A stretch of 64,000 bases of DNA from the human T2T-CHM13v2.0 reference genome, Homo sapiens: assembly GCF_009914755.1 (NCBI RefSeq), contig NC_060937.1. The stretch is one strand, 5' to 3'. Both the position numbers and the translations under genes were made by a program. The notes beneath the pieces are model-generated. The model saw only the letters and a program-made list of their open reading frames with translations. It searched no databases and was not told the origin of the DNA. Of this stretch, positions 43,590-57,523 are shown one piece after another. How positions within the stretch are numbered: the stretch's first letter is position 1; each line of letters begins with the position of its first letter.

Positions 43590-46500
43590 TTGTTAATATT
43601 TTTCCCAGACTTCCCAAAAGGACTCATGGCCTTTTGCAAGGTAACTGTTCATTGGGGAAAAGAAAATAATCAGATCTTTCAGGGACTGCTAAACACTGGT
43701 TCTGAACTGACACTAATTCCAAGAGACCCAAAACATCACTGTGGTCCACTAGTCAGAGTATGTTCTTATGGAGGTCAAGTGATCAATAACATTTTCCCTT
43801 AGGTAAATTCATGTATATGGGCCCACTAAGCAGAAAAGAGGGGACCTAATGGATCCCCAAATCAATTCTGTGATTATTTCTTCAGTTTTGGAATGCATAC
43901 TTGAAATAGACATATTCAACAATTTGCAGGATCCCGACATTGTTTTCCTGACATGTGGAATAAGAGCTATTATGGTGGGAAAGGCCATGTGGAAGACACA
44001 AGAACTTCCTTCTCCTAGAAAAATATTAAACCAAAAATAACACCGTATTTCTGGAGGGATATAAAGGGATTCAAGTGCCACTCAGGTATTAGTGCCACTG
44101 TCAAAGACTTGAAGGATGCAGGAGTGGTGATTCCCACCACATTCCCATTTGACTGGCCTATATAGCCTGTGTGGAAGACAGATGGATCTTGGAGAATGAC
44201 AGAGGGTTATCTAAACTAATCAGATGGTAACACCAATTGGAGCTGCTGTACCAGATCTGGTTTTATTGCTTGAGCAAATAACACAACTTCTAGTACCTGG
44301 TATGCAGCTATTGACTTGGCAAATTGTTGTTGGTATTTTTCATCCCTATTAATAAAGATGATAAGAAGCATTTTACTTTCAGCTAGGAAATCCAACAATA
44401 CACCTTTGCTGTTAAACCCAAGGGTTGTATAAACTCTACAGCACTATGCCATAATTAATTGGCAGATTCTTGATCAACTTTCTCTTTCACAATATATAGC
44501 ACTCATCTATTGCACAGACCAATACATATATCATACATATTCTCATATGTAATGATAACACCATGCTGATTGAATCTAGCGAGGAAGAAGTAGCAACTAT
44601 TTTAGACTTATTTATGTTTACCTGCCAGAGGTGGGAATTAAATATAACAAAAGTTCAGGGGACTTCTACCTCAGTGAAATTTCCTGGAGTCCAGCATTGT
44701 GGGGTGGTGTGGGGGCATATTGAGATATCTCTTCTAAAGTGAAGGATAAGTTGTTGCAGCTGGCACCTCCTACAGCCAAAAACAGACACAGCATGATTCT
44801 AGTGAGCCTCTGTGGTCTAGTGAGACTCTTTGGATTTTGAAAGCAACATATTTCTCATTTGGATGTGTTACTCTGGGCCACTTACTAAGTAACCCAAAAA
44901 GCTGCTAGTTTTGAGTGGGGCCCAGAACAAAAAAAGCATCTATGACAGGTCCAGTCTGCTGTGCAAGATGTTCTGTCACTTAGGCCACATGATTCTGCTG
45001 ATCTAATGGTGCCTGAAGTGTTAGTAGCAGATAAAAATGCTGTGTGGAGCTTTGGGCAGTTCCCTGTCAGATGACTGCCATGCAGGCATTTAAAATTTTG
45101 AAGCAAAGCCCTGTGACCCTCTGGGGATAGCTACTCACCTTCTGTTAAATATTTTTTGGCCTGCTATTGGGCCTTTGTAGAAACTGAAAGATTGACCATG
45201 GGCCACCAAATTACCAAGGGTCCTAAGTTGCCCATCATAAATTAGGTGTTTACTGACTTACCAACCCATAAAATTGGACATGCACAGCAGCATTTAATCA
45301 TCAAATGGAATTGGTATCTATAAGATCAGACCTAAGCAGTCACTGAAGGCACAAGTAATTTACATGAAAAAGTGACCCAAATGTCCATGGTCCCCCACTT
45401 CTGCTAAACTACCTTTTCTCTTCTAACCCTTACCTGTGGTCTCATGGAAAGCTCCTTATGATCAGTTGACAGAGAAAGAGAAGACTTAGGTGTGGTTTAC
45501 AAATGGTCCTCCATGATATGCAGCACCACATAATAGTGGAAGGTGCGGCACTACAGCCCCTTTCTGGGACATCCCTGAAAAATAGCCATGTAATTGTCCC
45601 AGTCAGCAGAAATTTGATAATGCACCTGGTTGTTCATTTGAAGGAATTTGATCAAAGAAAAAATGGCAATTTTTCCTTCAAATGGAAAGATGTGCAATTA
45701 TATACTGAATCATAAACTGTGGCCAGTGGTGTATCTGGATGGCCAGGGAGTTGAAAGGAACTTGACTGGAAAATTAGTGACATGAAAATCTGGGGAAGAG
45801 ATATGTGAATAATTACAGCACAGTGGCTCACGCCTGTAAATCCAGCACTTTTGGGAGGCAGAGATGAAAAGACTGCTTAAGCCCAGGGCTTTGAGACCAG
45901 CCAGGCAACATGATGAGATCCTAACTCTACAAAAAACACAAAAATTAGCCAGGTGTGGTGGTACATGCCTGTAGTTGCAGCTACTTTGGAGGCTGAGCAG
46001 AGAGGATTGCTTGGACCTGGGAGTTGGAGGCTGCAGTGAGCTACGGTATGGTCAAACCACTGCACTCCTGCCTGGGCAACAGAGCAAGACCATGTCTCAA
46101 GAAAAGAAAAGAGTTATGTGGATAGGCCTCTCTGCATGGTGAAACACATAAAGATGTGTGTGTTTTATTTCAATGCCCACCAAAGGGTGACCACACCAGA
46201 GGAGGATTTTTAGCAATCAAGTGGATAAGATGACCTATTCTGTGAATTCCTGCAACCTCTTCCTGTAACTGCCTCTGTCTTTGCCCCATGGGCTCGTGAA
46301 ACAAGCAGTCATGGCAGCAGGGATAGAGTTTATGCATAGGCTCAGCAATATAGACTCCCACTCACTAAGGCTGACCTGGCTATAGCCATTTCTGTGTACC
46401 TAATCTGCCAGTAGCAGAGACCAACACTGACCCCCCCATTTCCCCCACCACCACCCATATTGCACCATTCCCCAGGGTGATCAGCCAGCTACCTGGTGGC

Positions 46501-46960
46501 AGGTTGATTACATTGGACAACTTTCGTCTTGGAAGGGGCATTGTTTTGTTCTTGCTAGAATAGACACTTACTCTGGGTACAGATTTGTCTTCTCTGCTTG
46601 AAATGCTTTTGTCAAAACAACCATTCGTGGACTTACAGAATGTCATATCCACCATTTTGGTATTCCACTCAGCATTACTTCTGATCAAGGACCTCACTTC
46701 ACAGAAAAAGGAATGTAGCAATGGGTTTCACTGGTCTTACTGTGTTTCCTATCATTCTGAAGCAGCTGCCTATAGAATGGTGGAATAGCCTTTTGAAAAC
46801 TCAGTTACAGTGCCATCTAGATGGCAACACCTTGCAGGACTGAGGCAAGGTTCTCTTGGAGGCTGCGTATGCTCTAAATCGGCATCCAATACATGGTGCT
46901 GTTTCTACCATAGACAGAGTTCACAATTCCAAGAATCAAGGAGTGGAAACGGGAGTGACA
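43590..46960 (+). pseudogene. ERVL pro-pol remnant (protease, RT, RNase H, integrase)
   Basis: LLNTGSELTLIP (protease DTG>NTG, 43686), WYAAIDLAN (44298), WFTNG (45493), TWWQVDYIG (46491), SDQG (46680). Disrupted by stops, indels and an Alu. Confidence 0.88.
45812..46108 (+). mobile_element. Alu (AluJ) within ERVL pol
   Basis: Diverged dimer. TSD AAGAG(A/T)TATGTG(A/G)ATA at 45796-45811 and 46109-46124. Confidence 0.92.
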
Positions 46961-47049
46961 CCACACACTATTTGCTAGTGTCCAACTATAAAAATTTTGC
47001 TTCCTATTCATGTAATCTTATGCTCTAGTGCACTAGCAGTATTAATTCC

Positions 47050-47300
47050 AAAAGAAGGAAGGTTACTACCAGGGAACACAATGATAATTCTACTGAACTG
47101 AAAGTTGATACTACAACCTAACCATTTTGAACTATTCATGCTTCCAAATTAATAGGCAAATAAGGGCATTACTGTGCTTTCTGGGATGATTTTTCTGGAC
47201 TACCAGGGAGAAATTGGACAATGGAGGTAAAGAAAAGTACCTTCAAAAAGTATGTCTTGAATACAGAAACTAAGGTATCTTAGTATTACCACACTCTGTG
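47050..47300 (+). pseudogene. ERVL dUTPase remnant
   Basis: GMIFLDYQGEIG (47183-47218) matches dUTPase motif 3 (G.ID.DY.GEI). It lies downstream of integrase, as in ERVL. Confidence 0.75.
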
Positions 47301-50300
47301 ATTAAAGCTAGTTTGAAAACTACAAAAACACAATCCCAGACAGGATTACTCATGGCCTGGACCCTTCAAGAATGAAGGTGTGCATCACTGCACCAGATAA
47401 AGAACCACAATTAACTAAGGTGCTTGTTGAAGCCAAAGGGAATATGGGGTGGATAGTGGAATAAAGTAGTTATGAATACCAGCTACAACCATGTGACCAG
47501 TTAGAGAATTAATTATTCTAATTGCCATGAGTATTTCACCTTTGTTGTGAATATGTGTGTAGGAATTATATTTCTTTTACTATGTTATTCCTTAATCATG
47601 TAACATAAGATGTACTGAACTCATATAGTATTTATCTATTATTAATTTTACATTGCAGTATTTCAGTTATAAACTATAAAAGAGAAGGGTAAACATCAAC
47701 CAAATACTTTGTATCCTCTTTGGGGGATGGAGTCCTGCATGTTCAGTTGTACACAGAATAGTTTTATCATGTTAAGTGAAAGTATAACCTTGTTACTGTT
47801 GTTATTTTGGAGATCAAGTATGGTTTAAGAAGAGGCATATGGGTGCCAAGTTGACAAAGGGTGGACTTGTGATGGTTAATTTTATGTGTCAAGTTGGAGA
47901 GTGTTTGGGGTTGAGATTAACATTTAAAACAATAAAATCTCAGCAAAGTAGATTGCCCTCCATAATGTGAATGGGCCTCATCCAATCAGTTGAAGTCTTG
48001 AAAATAACACAAAGGCTGGACTCCTCAAGCAAGAGAAAAAGTCTTCAGCGGACTTTCTTTGGACTTGGCTCCATCAGCTCTCCTGGGTCTCAAGGCTGCA
48101 AGCCCACACTGTAAATTTTGAAGTTTCCATCTTCCATAATCACATGAGTTACTTCTATATAATAAACCTGTTTAATCTACATAAATAATACTTTGTAATA
48201 CATTTGTTAAGTATATATATTCTGATTCTCTGAAGAGCCCTGACATACCATTCTATTTCCTTCTGTCTCCCAGTGATTCTGATGAGAAGATTAGCTGTTA
48301 TTCTTATTGGGGTTTATTTGTATATGACAAGTTGTTTTTTTCTTGCTGCTTTCAAGGTTTTTGTCTTTATTTTTCAACGTTTTTATGATGTGTCTATGTT
48401 TGCATTTCTTTGAGCTTGTCCCATGTCTTGTATATTTAGATTAATATTTTTCACCAAATTTGAGAAATAAGTGGCCATTTTGTATCCAAATAATCTTTCT
48501 GACACTTTATGAGCCTCTCAATATGCTAATGTTGGTATGCTTGATGATATGTACAGATCTCTAATGCTGTTCATTTTCTTGAATTTTTTTTTTCTGAGAC
48601 TGGATAATCTCAACTGGCTTGTCTTCATTTTCACAAATTCCTTCCTCAGCTAGTTCAAAACTGCTTTTAAACTCCTCTAGTGAATTTGTAAATTTCATTT
48701 GCTGTACTTCTCACCTTCACATTTGTTTGGTTATATTTATATTTTCTATCTTTTTATTTATACTCATTTTTTGGTAAACAATCATTCTCATATATTCCTT
48801 TAATTTTTTAGATGTTTTTTTAACATTCTTTGAATGTATTTATAAATAGCTAATTCATAGTATTTGTAGTATTTGCCTGTGAAGTCTGACATCTGGTCTT
48901 CCTCAGAGGCAGTTTATATTGACTACTTTTTATCACTGTGAATGGATCATAATTTTCTGTTTCTTTGCATGTATAACAATAGTTTGCTCAAGATTTGACA
49001 TTTAAAATAATATGATATAACAACAGTGGAAATTAGATTCCCCTGCCAGCCTCCTCAAAGTCTCTTGTTGCTATTTCTTTCTTTGTTTTTATTTTTGTTG
49101 TCATTGCTACTGCTGTGTATTTGATTTGACCTTCCCGGTCTAATTTTGTAAGTTGTGTTTTTTTTTTTATGTGTAGTCACTTAAGTCAATGTTTGATTAG
49201 CTCCATAGACAGCTAATGATTGGACAGAGATTTCCTTAAATGGCTTGAACTCATATGTGTCAGAACCTAGGGGCTCTGTGGATTTGAGATATATTTTCTT
49301 CATTCCAGTAGACAGTTTTCAACTCTGCCTTAGACTTAACTTATTATTTCTCCAGAGCCTCAGAGTCAGCCAGAATTGAAAGATTAGGATATTCTTGGGT
49401 CTTTCCTGGGCATGCAAACATAGCTGTGCATACGTGTGGCATTCCCAATTCCCAGAAATAAATTGGAGGTTTATAAAACCCACTATGGACATCTCATTTC
49501 TTAATTCCTTTTTTTCAGTTTTTTGGTCAGCCTCTTGTTAGGTATAATTGATAATAGCAGCTTAGGAAGCTAAAATATGAAAGAATTTTCTCAATTTCTA
49601 ATAAGCACTCTGGTAATAAGGCTGTTTACATAGAGCAAGTTTTGATTCACGTCAAATAAAGATAAGCCCTAAGAGTGAAGCTTTTTAGCAAGCTAACAAG
49701 CAAACCAAATAGTGTTGATTCTCTGGTGATCTGATATTTGTGGAAGGCCAGACCCTTTTTGCCTCTTCCAGTGGCTCCTAGGCTCCAGATTTTGACAGCT
49801 AATGCACTTATTGGACTGTAGGTATTCAAGTCTGCAAGGGAGCTAGCAGAGGGGAATGAGATTAAGTCAAATCAAAGTGCTATAGAGCCTGCTCTTGTTA
49901 CTTAGATTCAGCCATTTATCTTACATAAATATTCTTCATATTGTTGGATCCTTTGATTTCCAGAATTCTGAAAACGTTTTTGACTTTCTTTACAGTGTTA
50001 TTGTTGCTTTTATTAAAAGCTGATTTTTAAGAGATTTTATTCTAGTATTCTGGAAGTGTTTCCCCCTATCAATGTTTATTTCCTCAGATATTTATTCAAG
50101 GAATATAGTTATTCATTGGGTCCTTCATTTTCCTTACGTGATGTCTATCAACCTTTTTATTGACATTACTGCTGTTTGAAAGATAATTGTCATGAATATT
50201 GTAACTTATCTACACCCATATGCAAACTTATTTCCTAAAGTGCCAATTTTATTTTAACTTTCTTACTGCAAGTATACAATTGCTTCCACTTACTTCAGGA

Positions 50301-50499
50301 TAAAAAAAAAAAGAAATTAATCTTGGAATTAAACACTCTCATAATATGACTTCACTTATCTTCCAAGCATTTGCTACTAACACTCCAAGACACTGAATAT
50401 AAATTAAAAGATGAACTTATCTTCTGACTTTGAAATTAGTAAAAGCAACATCATTAATTGGGATTATCTATGTTTTGTCAGTTGTGACATATTAAATAA

Positions 50500-50630
50500 C
50501 ACACCAAGTCTGAATTCACCAAGTGGGCATTCAAACCTTGGGCAAATATTTTGCCTTCTTGGGTCCTATTTTCTGAGTTTCAGTGTAGGTAGTAGCACTG
50601 CTGTGAGAACCAAGAATCAAATAAGTTAGA
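50500..50630 (+). mobile_element. MIR fragment
   Basis: accttgggcaaatattttgccttcttgggtcctattttct core-like sequence. Confidence 0.45.
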
Positions 50631-51369
50631 TAGAAAACACAACTCAAATGTCAGTTGGTGCTATTTGCTAAATATTATATGTTCTAGAAAAGATTTATAA
50701 GCAAAAATTTGATGAAAACTCATTATCTTCCAAATCAAATAAGACAGCGCTTATTATAGTTTAATGGCAGAATCTCATACTGTGTCCTTAGAGAAGGGTA
50801 ACTGGAAATAAGTGATGTAAAAAGCTTTCCAACACATACTATTTTTTTCTCCTATGCATTTATACAGCAGAGTGGCATACTGCATTCACCCCTGAAAATG
50901 GAGAGTGGATGAGCAAACATTTATCAACATTTATAGAGCCATTTTCCCAGCAAGAATGATACTGTTCCTGTCTGCCAAATCTGAATATTTTAAGCACAAT
51001 TTTGCTGTAAAGCAGTTTATCAGCTTCTTCATATTTTAAATAAAATATCCCTTTAAAAAACATGATCGCTGTCACCCAATATCTAGGGTTTTCTTCTCTC
51101 CTATAGTAGTCAAAATCCTGTTACTTAGATGAACTCATGGCCATGTATAATAAAGGCTAATTTACCTCTTTACCTTCTTTCTCTGAATGTTGTTTACAAC
51201 ATTATATTTTGAAAATTATTTTATTTCCAAAATATTAAAATTCTTGGGCAGGTTTATACATTTCCCAGGAAATAAAAGGTTTTCAGAAAATTGAAAATAC
51301 CTATTTTGCTGGAACCTCTACAGCTAGTGTATCTTTCTTGAGATCATCAGAGAACAAAAAAATCTAAGT

Positions 51370-51808
51370 GACAGCCTACTCAACAACTCATGGGTAGTTC
51401 AAAGGTGCCTAGGTACCTTACATGCAGGATGTCAAACAAATTGATCATCACTCTCCTTCCTGCAAATTAGTCACTTTCCTATATTCTTTAATCAGTGCAT
51501 AATACTACCATCTATCAAATTGTAGAAGAAATTATCTATTACTTCACCCCCTTATCCAATTCACTAAAATTTCAGCTTATGTCACCTCCTAAATACCCAT
51601 TATATCTGTTTACTTTGTTGTATCTTCGCTGATATCAGCTTAGCTTAAGTTAATATTATTCATTTCATAGGTACAGCGCCCTAACTTATGTGGCTGCAGG
51701 TATTAATTTCTTCCTTCAATTCATTCTTTTTACCGAAGCTGGTATGGTATTTTCAAAGTGTGAATAATAATATCACAGGCATGCTTAAATCCAATCAGTG
51801 CTTTTCCA
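51370..51808 (+). mobile_element. L2 fragment
   Basis: Degenerate L2 motifs (taccatctatcaaattg, ttatccaattcactaaaa, cacctcctaaata). Confidence 0.55.
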
Positions 51809-52774
51809 ACTGTGTGGATACACCACCTTGGAAGTGGACTACCAAGGTATATTTGAGCCTCCTCTAGTGATATCATCAGAGATGGGATGCCCCAGTGGAG
51901 TCCTGCCCCATTTGAAGATTTGTGAGATAAATAAAATGGTCATCATTTTTAAAGCCAATATATTTCAAAGTATGGTCTGTTGTAGAAAGGAGTAACCCAA
52001 ATGATGAAAAACTAAAGGACTATGCTATTATAAGGATTGTTAGGAGACAATATCTATTAACTTTTTCTTACAAAATTCAATTGTTCTTATTTACATCTCT
52101 GTCCAGAAAACGTACAGGTCTAATTATTTTCTTTATTGAAAAAATAATTATTAATTCAGCAAAGAAGTGTGTTTCCCTACTGTGTATTAAGCACCGTGCT
52201 AGGAAATGACAGTTGAAAGATGAATGCGATGTTTTCCAAAGCACTGGTATTCATCATTGTTATTATAAACAGATAAACAGTCTTTGCTGTCTAGGAAAAG
52301 GCTTTTTCAAACTCTTTTTTGTACACAATGACAGAATAATTGAAAAGTATAAAAGCAGTCATATATGCAATTTAGTGTGATATAGTCAAAGCCACAGTTG
52401 TCATTGTATAAGCTGACTTTCATTATTTTACTTAGGTGGCAGGTTAATTAACTGAATTGGCCAAAAGATTGTATGTAAGTCCTGACAAAGAAATTATTAG
52501 CCCAAATTAGTATGTATCAAGACAAAAACTATTTAACAAACCAGTAGATAACATTAGTGACCAGCACAGAAATACAAGTAGAAATTATTAGCATAAGGTA
52601 TGTTTCACATGTTCAATGTTTATTATATTTTATAGTAGATTTTATGAATGATATAAATGTAAGAATAATTTTTTCAAAAATATCCATTTATTTTTACTAT
52701 GTGTAATTTTATGAAAAATATGATTTTGATTGGGTGGACATATATATATTTTAGAATTCTGCTTTATTATTAAT

Positions 52775-53748
52775 TTCAACTTTTATTATAGGTTAAAGTG
52801 TACATGTGCCAGTTTGCTACATGGGTAAATTGAGTGATTCTGAGGTTTGAGGTCCCAGTGATTTCATCACCCAGGCAGTAAGCATGGTACCCAACAGATG
52901 GTTCTTCAGCCCACACCTTCTTCCCTCTCCCATACAGTGGTCCCAGTGACTATTGTTTATATCTTTATGTCCATGAGAACATAAAGTTTAGCTCCTAATT
53001 ATAAGTGAGAGCATGTGGTATATGGTTTTCTGTTCTTGAGTTCTGTCACTTAGTGTAATGGCCTCTAGCTCCATCCACATTGCTGCAAAGGACATGATTT
53101 TATTCTTTTTTATGGCTGCATAGTATTCTATGGTGTAAATGTACCACATTTTCTTTATCCAATCTACTTTTGTTGGGCACCAAGGCTGATTCCATGTCTT
53201 TGCTATAGTGAATAGTGCTGTAATGAATATACAGGTGCATATGTCTTTTTGACAAAATAAATTATTTTCCTTTGGGTATATACCCAATAGTAGGATTGCT
53301 GGGCCAAATAGTACTTCTATTGTAAGTTCTTTGAGAAGTCTTCAAGATGCTTTCCTCAGAGGCTGAACTAACTTACATTCCCACCAACAGTGTGTAAGTG
53401 TTCCCTTTTCTCCATAGCCTTTCCAACATCGGTTGTCTTTTTTGTTTTGTTTTGTTTTGTTTTTTAATAATAGCCATTCTGACTGATGTGAGATAGTAAC
53501 TCGTTGTGGTTTTGATTTGTATTTCTATGATGATTAGTGATGTTGAGCATTTTTTCATATGCTTGTTGTTTGCTTATATTTATTCTTTTAAGAAGTGTCT
53601 GTTCATGTCCTTTGCCCATTTTTTAATTGGGCTTTTGCTTATTGATTTGTTTAAGTTCCTTGTAGATTCTGGATATTAGACTTCTTTCAGATGTGAATAT
53701 TTTCTCCCATTCATTAGGCTGCCGGTTTACTCTGTTGGTAATTTCTCT
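52775..53748 (-). mobile_element. 5'-truncated L1PA (L1PA15/16-like)
   Basis: 3' UTR caacttttattataggttaaagtgtacatgtg...atgggtaaattg. ORF2 C-terminal remnant 52988-53287. Confidence 0.92.
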
Positions 53749-54148
53749 TCAATTTTTTGCAAAATATAAACACATTTCTAAAAATGGCTACAGAATGTTA
53801 GAAAAAAATAGTTAAAGAGCTTTTTGAAATTAAAAATCAACTTGTAGATAGAATTTAAGAGTAATTTTGAAATGCTTATTTTTTCACATCATTTACTTGT
53901 TTTTTTTTTTCCCTTTTCTATCAGTTTGTGGATTGATCAGCAGTGGGCCATTAATAAAAATTTGCTACTGAAGCCATAGCTGATGTGAGTTTAGAATTCA
54001 CAAACTGAACTATCCTAGCAGTACAAAACTAAGACAATAGAAATATGTTAAAATGGAGAAGCCTGTGACATTCATAGCACTGGCTAACCTGGGTATTGAG
54101 ATTTCTATGACTCAGGAACTAATTGTATGGATAATTTGAAATATGTCC

Positions 54149-55917
54149 CTTAGTTTAACATCCCATGTGTCATTTTTTTGTTGTTGCAATTGCTTGTGAT
54201 GTTTTTGTCATGAAATCTTTGCTAGTGTCTATGTCCTGAATGGTATTACCTAGAGTGTCTTCTAAGGTTTTTATAGTTTTGGGTTTTACATTTAAGTCTT
54301 TAATCTATCTTGAGTTAATTTTTATATAAGGTGAAAAAAAGAGGTCCAGTTCCAATTTTCTGCATATGGCTAGCCAGTTCTCCCAGGACCTTTATTAAAC
54401 AAGGAATTCTTTCCCTATTGCATGTTTTTGTCAGGTTGGTCAAAGATCAGGTGGTTGTAAGAGTGCGGTCATATTTCTGAGTTCTCTATTCTGTTCCACT
54501 TCTGCACAGCAAAAGAAACTTTCACCAGAGTGAACAGACAACCTACAGAGTGGGAGAAAATTTTTTTATTTCATTTTATTTTAAGTTCTGTGGTACATTT
54601 GCCAGATATGCAGGTTTGTTACATAGGTAAATGTGTGCCATGGTAGTTTGCTGCACCCATCAATCCATCACCTAGGTATTAAGACTGGCATGCATTAGCT
54701 ATTTTTCCTGATGCTCTCCACCCCCTGCCCTCCCCTGATAGGCCCCAGTGTGTGTTGTTCCCCTCCCTGTGTCCATGTGTTCTCGTTGTTCAGCTCCCAC
54801 TTATAAGTAAGAACATGTGGTGTTTGTTTTTCGGTTGCTGCATTACTTTGCTGAGAATAATGGTTTCTAGCTCCATCCATGTCCCTGCAAACTACCTGAT
54901 CTGGTTCCTTTTTATGGCTGCGTAATATTCATGGGTATATGTACCACATTTTCTTTATCCAGTCTATCATTGATGAGCATTTGGGGGAAAAAGTTTTGCA
55001 ATTTATCCATCTGATAAAGGTCTAATATACAGAGTCTACCATGAATTTAAACAAATTTACGGGAAAAAACAGGCAATCCCATTAAAAAGTAGGCAAAGAG
55101 CATGAACAGACAATTGTCAAAAGAAGACATTCATGTGACCACAAGTACATGAAAAAAAGCTCAACATCACTGATTATTAGAGAAATGCACATCGAAACCA
55201 CAGTGAGATACCATCTCATGCCAGTAAGAATGGCAATTATTAAAATGTCAAGAAACAATAGATGCTGGCAAGGATGCAGAGAAAAAGAAACGCTTTTACA
55301 CTGTTGGGAATGTAAGTTAGTTCAACCATTGTGGAAGACAGTGTGGCGATTCCTCAAAGATCTAGAAGCAGAAATACCATTTTACCCAGAAGCCCATTAC
55401 TGAGTGTATACCCAGAGGAATATAAATAATTCCCTTATAAAGATACATGAACGCATATATTCATTGCAGCACTCTTCACAATAGCAAAGACATGGAATCA
55501 ACCCAAATGCCCATAAATGATAGACTGGATAAAGGAAATGTTGTGCATATACACCATGGAATACTCTGCAGCCGTAAAAAAGAATGAGAACATGTCCTTT
55601 GCAAGAACATGGATGGAGCTGGAAGCCATTATCCTCAGCAAACTGTCACAGGAACAGAAAACTGAACACTGCATGTTCTTACTTATAAGTATGAGCTGAA
55701 TGACAAAAACACACGGACACAGGAGGGAGAACAACACACACTGGGGCCTATCAGCGGAGAGAGCATCAGGAAGAATAGCTAATGTATCCTGGGCTTAATA
55801 CTTAGAAGATGGTTTGATCAGTGCAACAAACACCATGGCACACATTTCCCTATGTAACAAACCTGCAGATCCTGCACATGTAACCCAGAACATAAAATAC
55901 AAGTTGAAAATAAAAAT
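54149..55917 (+). mobile_element. 5'-inverted (twin-primed) L1PA (about PA8A-PA12): antisense 54149-54498, sense 54499-55917
   Basis: The left edge of the inverted piece (ttaaactaa) maps immediately upstream of the start of the sense piece (cttctgcacagc). TSD AAATATGT(C/T)C at 54139-54148 and 55918-55927. Confidence 0.88.
54566..54985 (-). mobile_element. Short L1PA (PA10-like) 3' end nested antisense in the preceding L1
   Basis: T-rich tail followed by the L1PA 3' UTR. Flanked by degenerate TSD gggagaaaattttt / ggggaaaaagtttt. Confidence 0.88.
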
Positions 55918-56159
55918 AAATATGTTCTAATATTAATGAGTACAATATATGCACTGTATTTCACGCATAGCAAGGTGGTATCTCAATTAATGTTATATCT
56001 GTTTTTGGGCTGAGGTAGGAGTAAGAAACAAAGTCAATATTGAATATTTCTTGCAGGGCATAATACTCTTTGTGTCATGAGTTCCCCATATCTTATTACA
56101 AAATGGGAGGATAAATGCAGCAATGATGAAATAAGATTCACCAGGATGAGATTTTTATG

Positions 56160-56310
56160 GTTTACTTCCTTCATTCTCTTCTCTTCCCTTCCTTTTTTAT
56201 TTCCCCCTTCCTTATTTCCTTCATTTCTTTCCTTTTATATCTGGCCTTCATTTTCTTCTCCTGACATTCCTTTTTTTTCTTCCCGTATCATTTTCTCCTT
56301 CTTCTGTTCT
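56160..56310. repeat. Pyrimidine-rich (CT/T) low-complexity tract
   Basis: Degenerate ttcc/cttt repeats. Confidence 0.65.
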
Positions 56311-56759
56311 AGTATATCAGGACTTCAACTGATATTTACAGAGAGCACCTGCTGGACAAGTTCATGGTCTGTATTAATACCTGACAAGACTGGGGCAGAA
56401 CTGATGTCTCCAGGGAAAATAGCTCCAAGAAGATGAAACTCCTGTTATATCCCAGGTCTAAATGTTTTAGGAGAAACTTGACACTTAGTAGGGAAAGTTT
56501 GGAAACAAATTAGTGACAGGCACATGGAAAGCAAAGCAAATGAAAAATGTAGGTAAACATTATCTCCAAGGGAAATATAAATAGAAAAGAATTATAATCA
56601 TTATATACTTCAAGACTCAGATTTGGATTATGTTTACCTATCCTTAAAAACATGAACACTGATTTTAGTGAGATTAGTTGGGGCCCATGGATGAGAGCTA
56701 ACTGTTTATATTCTAAAATGACTAACAGATGCTTAAAATAATTAAAAAAATTACAGGTC

Positions 56760-57045
56760 GAAGTGTATAAAAGAAACTAAATACCAAATTATATGTACCA
56801 TGTATCCCCATATACATGAAATTTAAGGGCTGGTGAAACTAACAAATCAGTGGTGATAGGAGTCAGAATAGCTGTTACCCTTGGGCAAAGGTATTGAATG
56901 ACACAGGATATGAGAGAACACTCAGATGTGATGGAAATGATCTAGATCTAAATCTGAGTGTGATCACACAGATGTATATGAATATAAACATTCATTAGCT
57001 TTAGATTTAGATACCTATATTATGTATTTTATACCACTAAAAATA
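56760..57045 (+). mobile_element. L1ME-like 3' end
   Basis: tggtgataggagtcagaatagctgttacccttggg...gatggaaatgatctagatct. Confidence 0.7.
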
Positions 57046-57141
57046 GGAAAAATATAATTACACATCTTATAATGCACTTTGCCGTCTTAGTCCAATTTTT
57101 GTGACCACCTGTGAGCCCCCTCAGCTTTAAGCCTAAAATAA

Positions 57142-57523
<382 letters not shown>

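Larger units (their letters stand above)
39117..48248 (+). mobile_element. ERVL provirus (MLT2C/D-type LTRs, ERVL-B4/E-like internal)
   Basis: 5' LTR about 39117-41805 (split by THE1). 3' LTR 47868-48248 starts TGTGATGGTTAAT after gccaagttgacaaagggtggact. gag-pro-pol-dUTPase order, no env. Confidence 0.9.
38270..50060 (-). mobile_element. Old L1M (L1MC/MD-like) 5'/ORF1 region, host for an AluJ and the ERVL provirus
   Basis: Antisense ORF1 motifs at 38860-39120 (aaattccctcagttt...tttcagcaatttaa) resume at 48249 (cattctatttccttctg...tctgatgagaag) and continue into the 5' region to about 50060. Confidence 0.75.

Noticed and set aside
56077-56436. 119-aa Phe/Ser-rich membrane-like ORF
   Set aside because: Translation of a pyrimidine-rich low-complexity tract.
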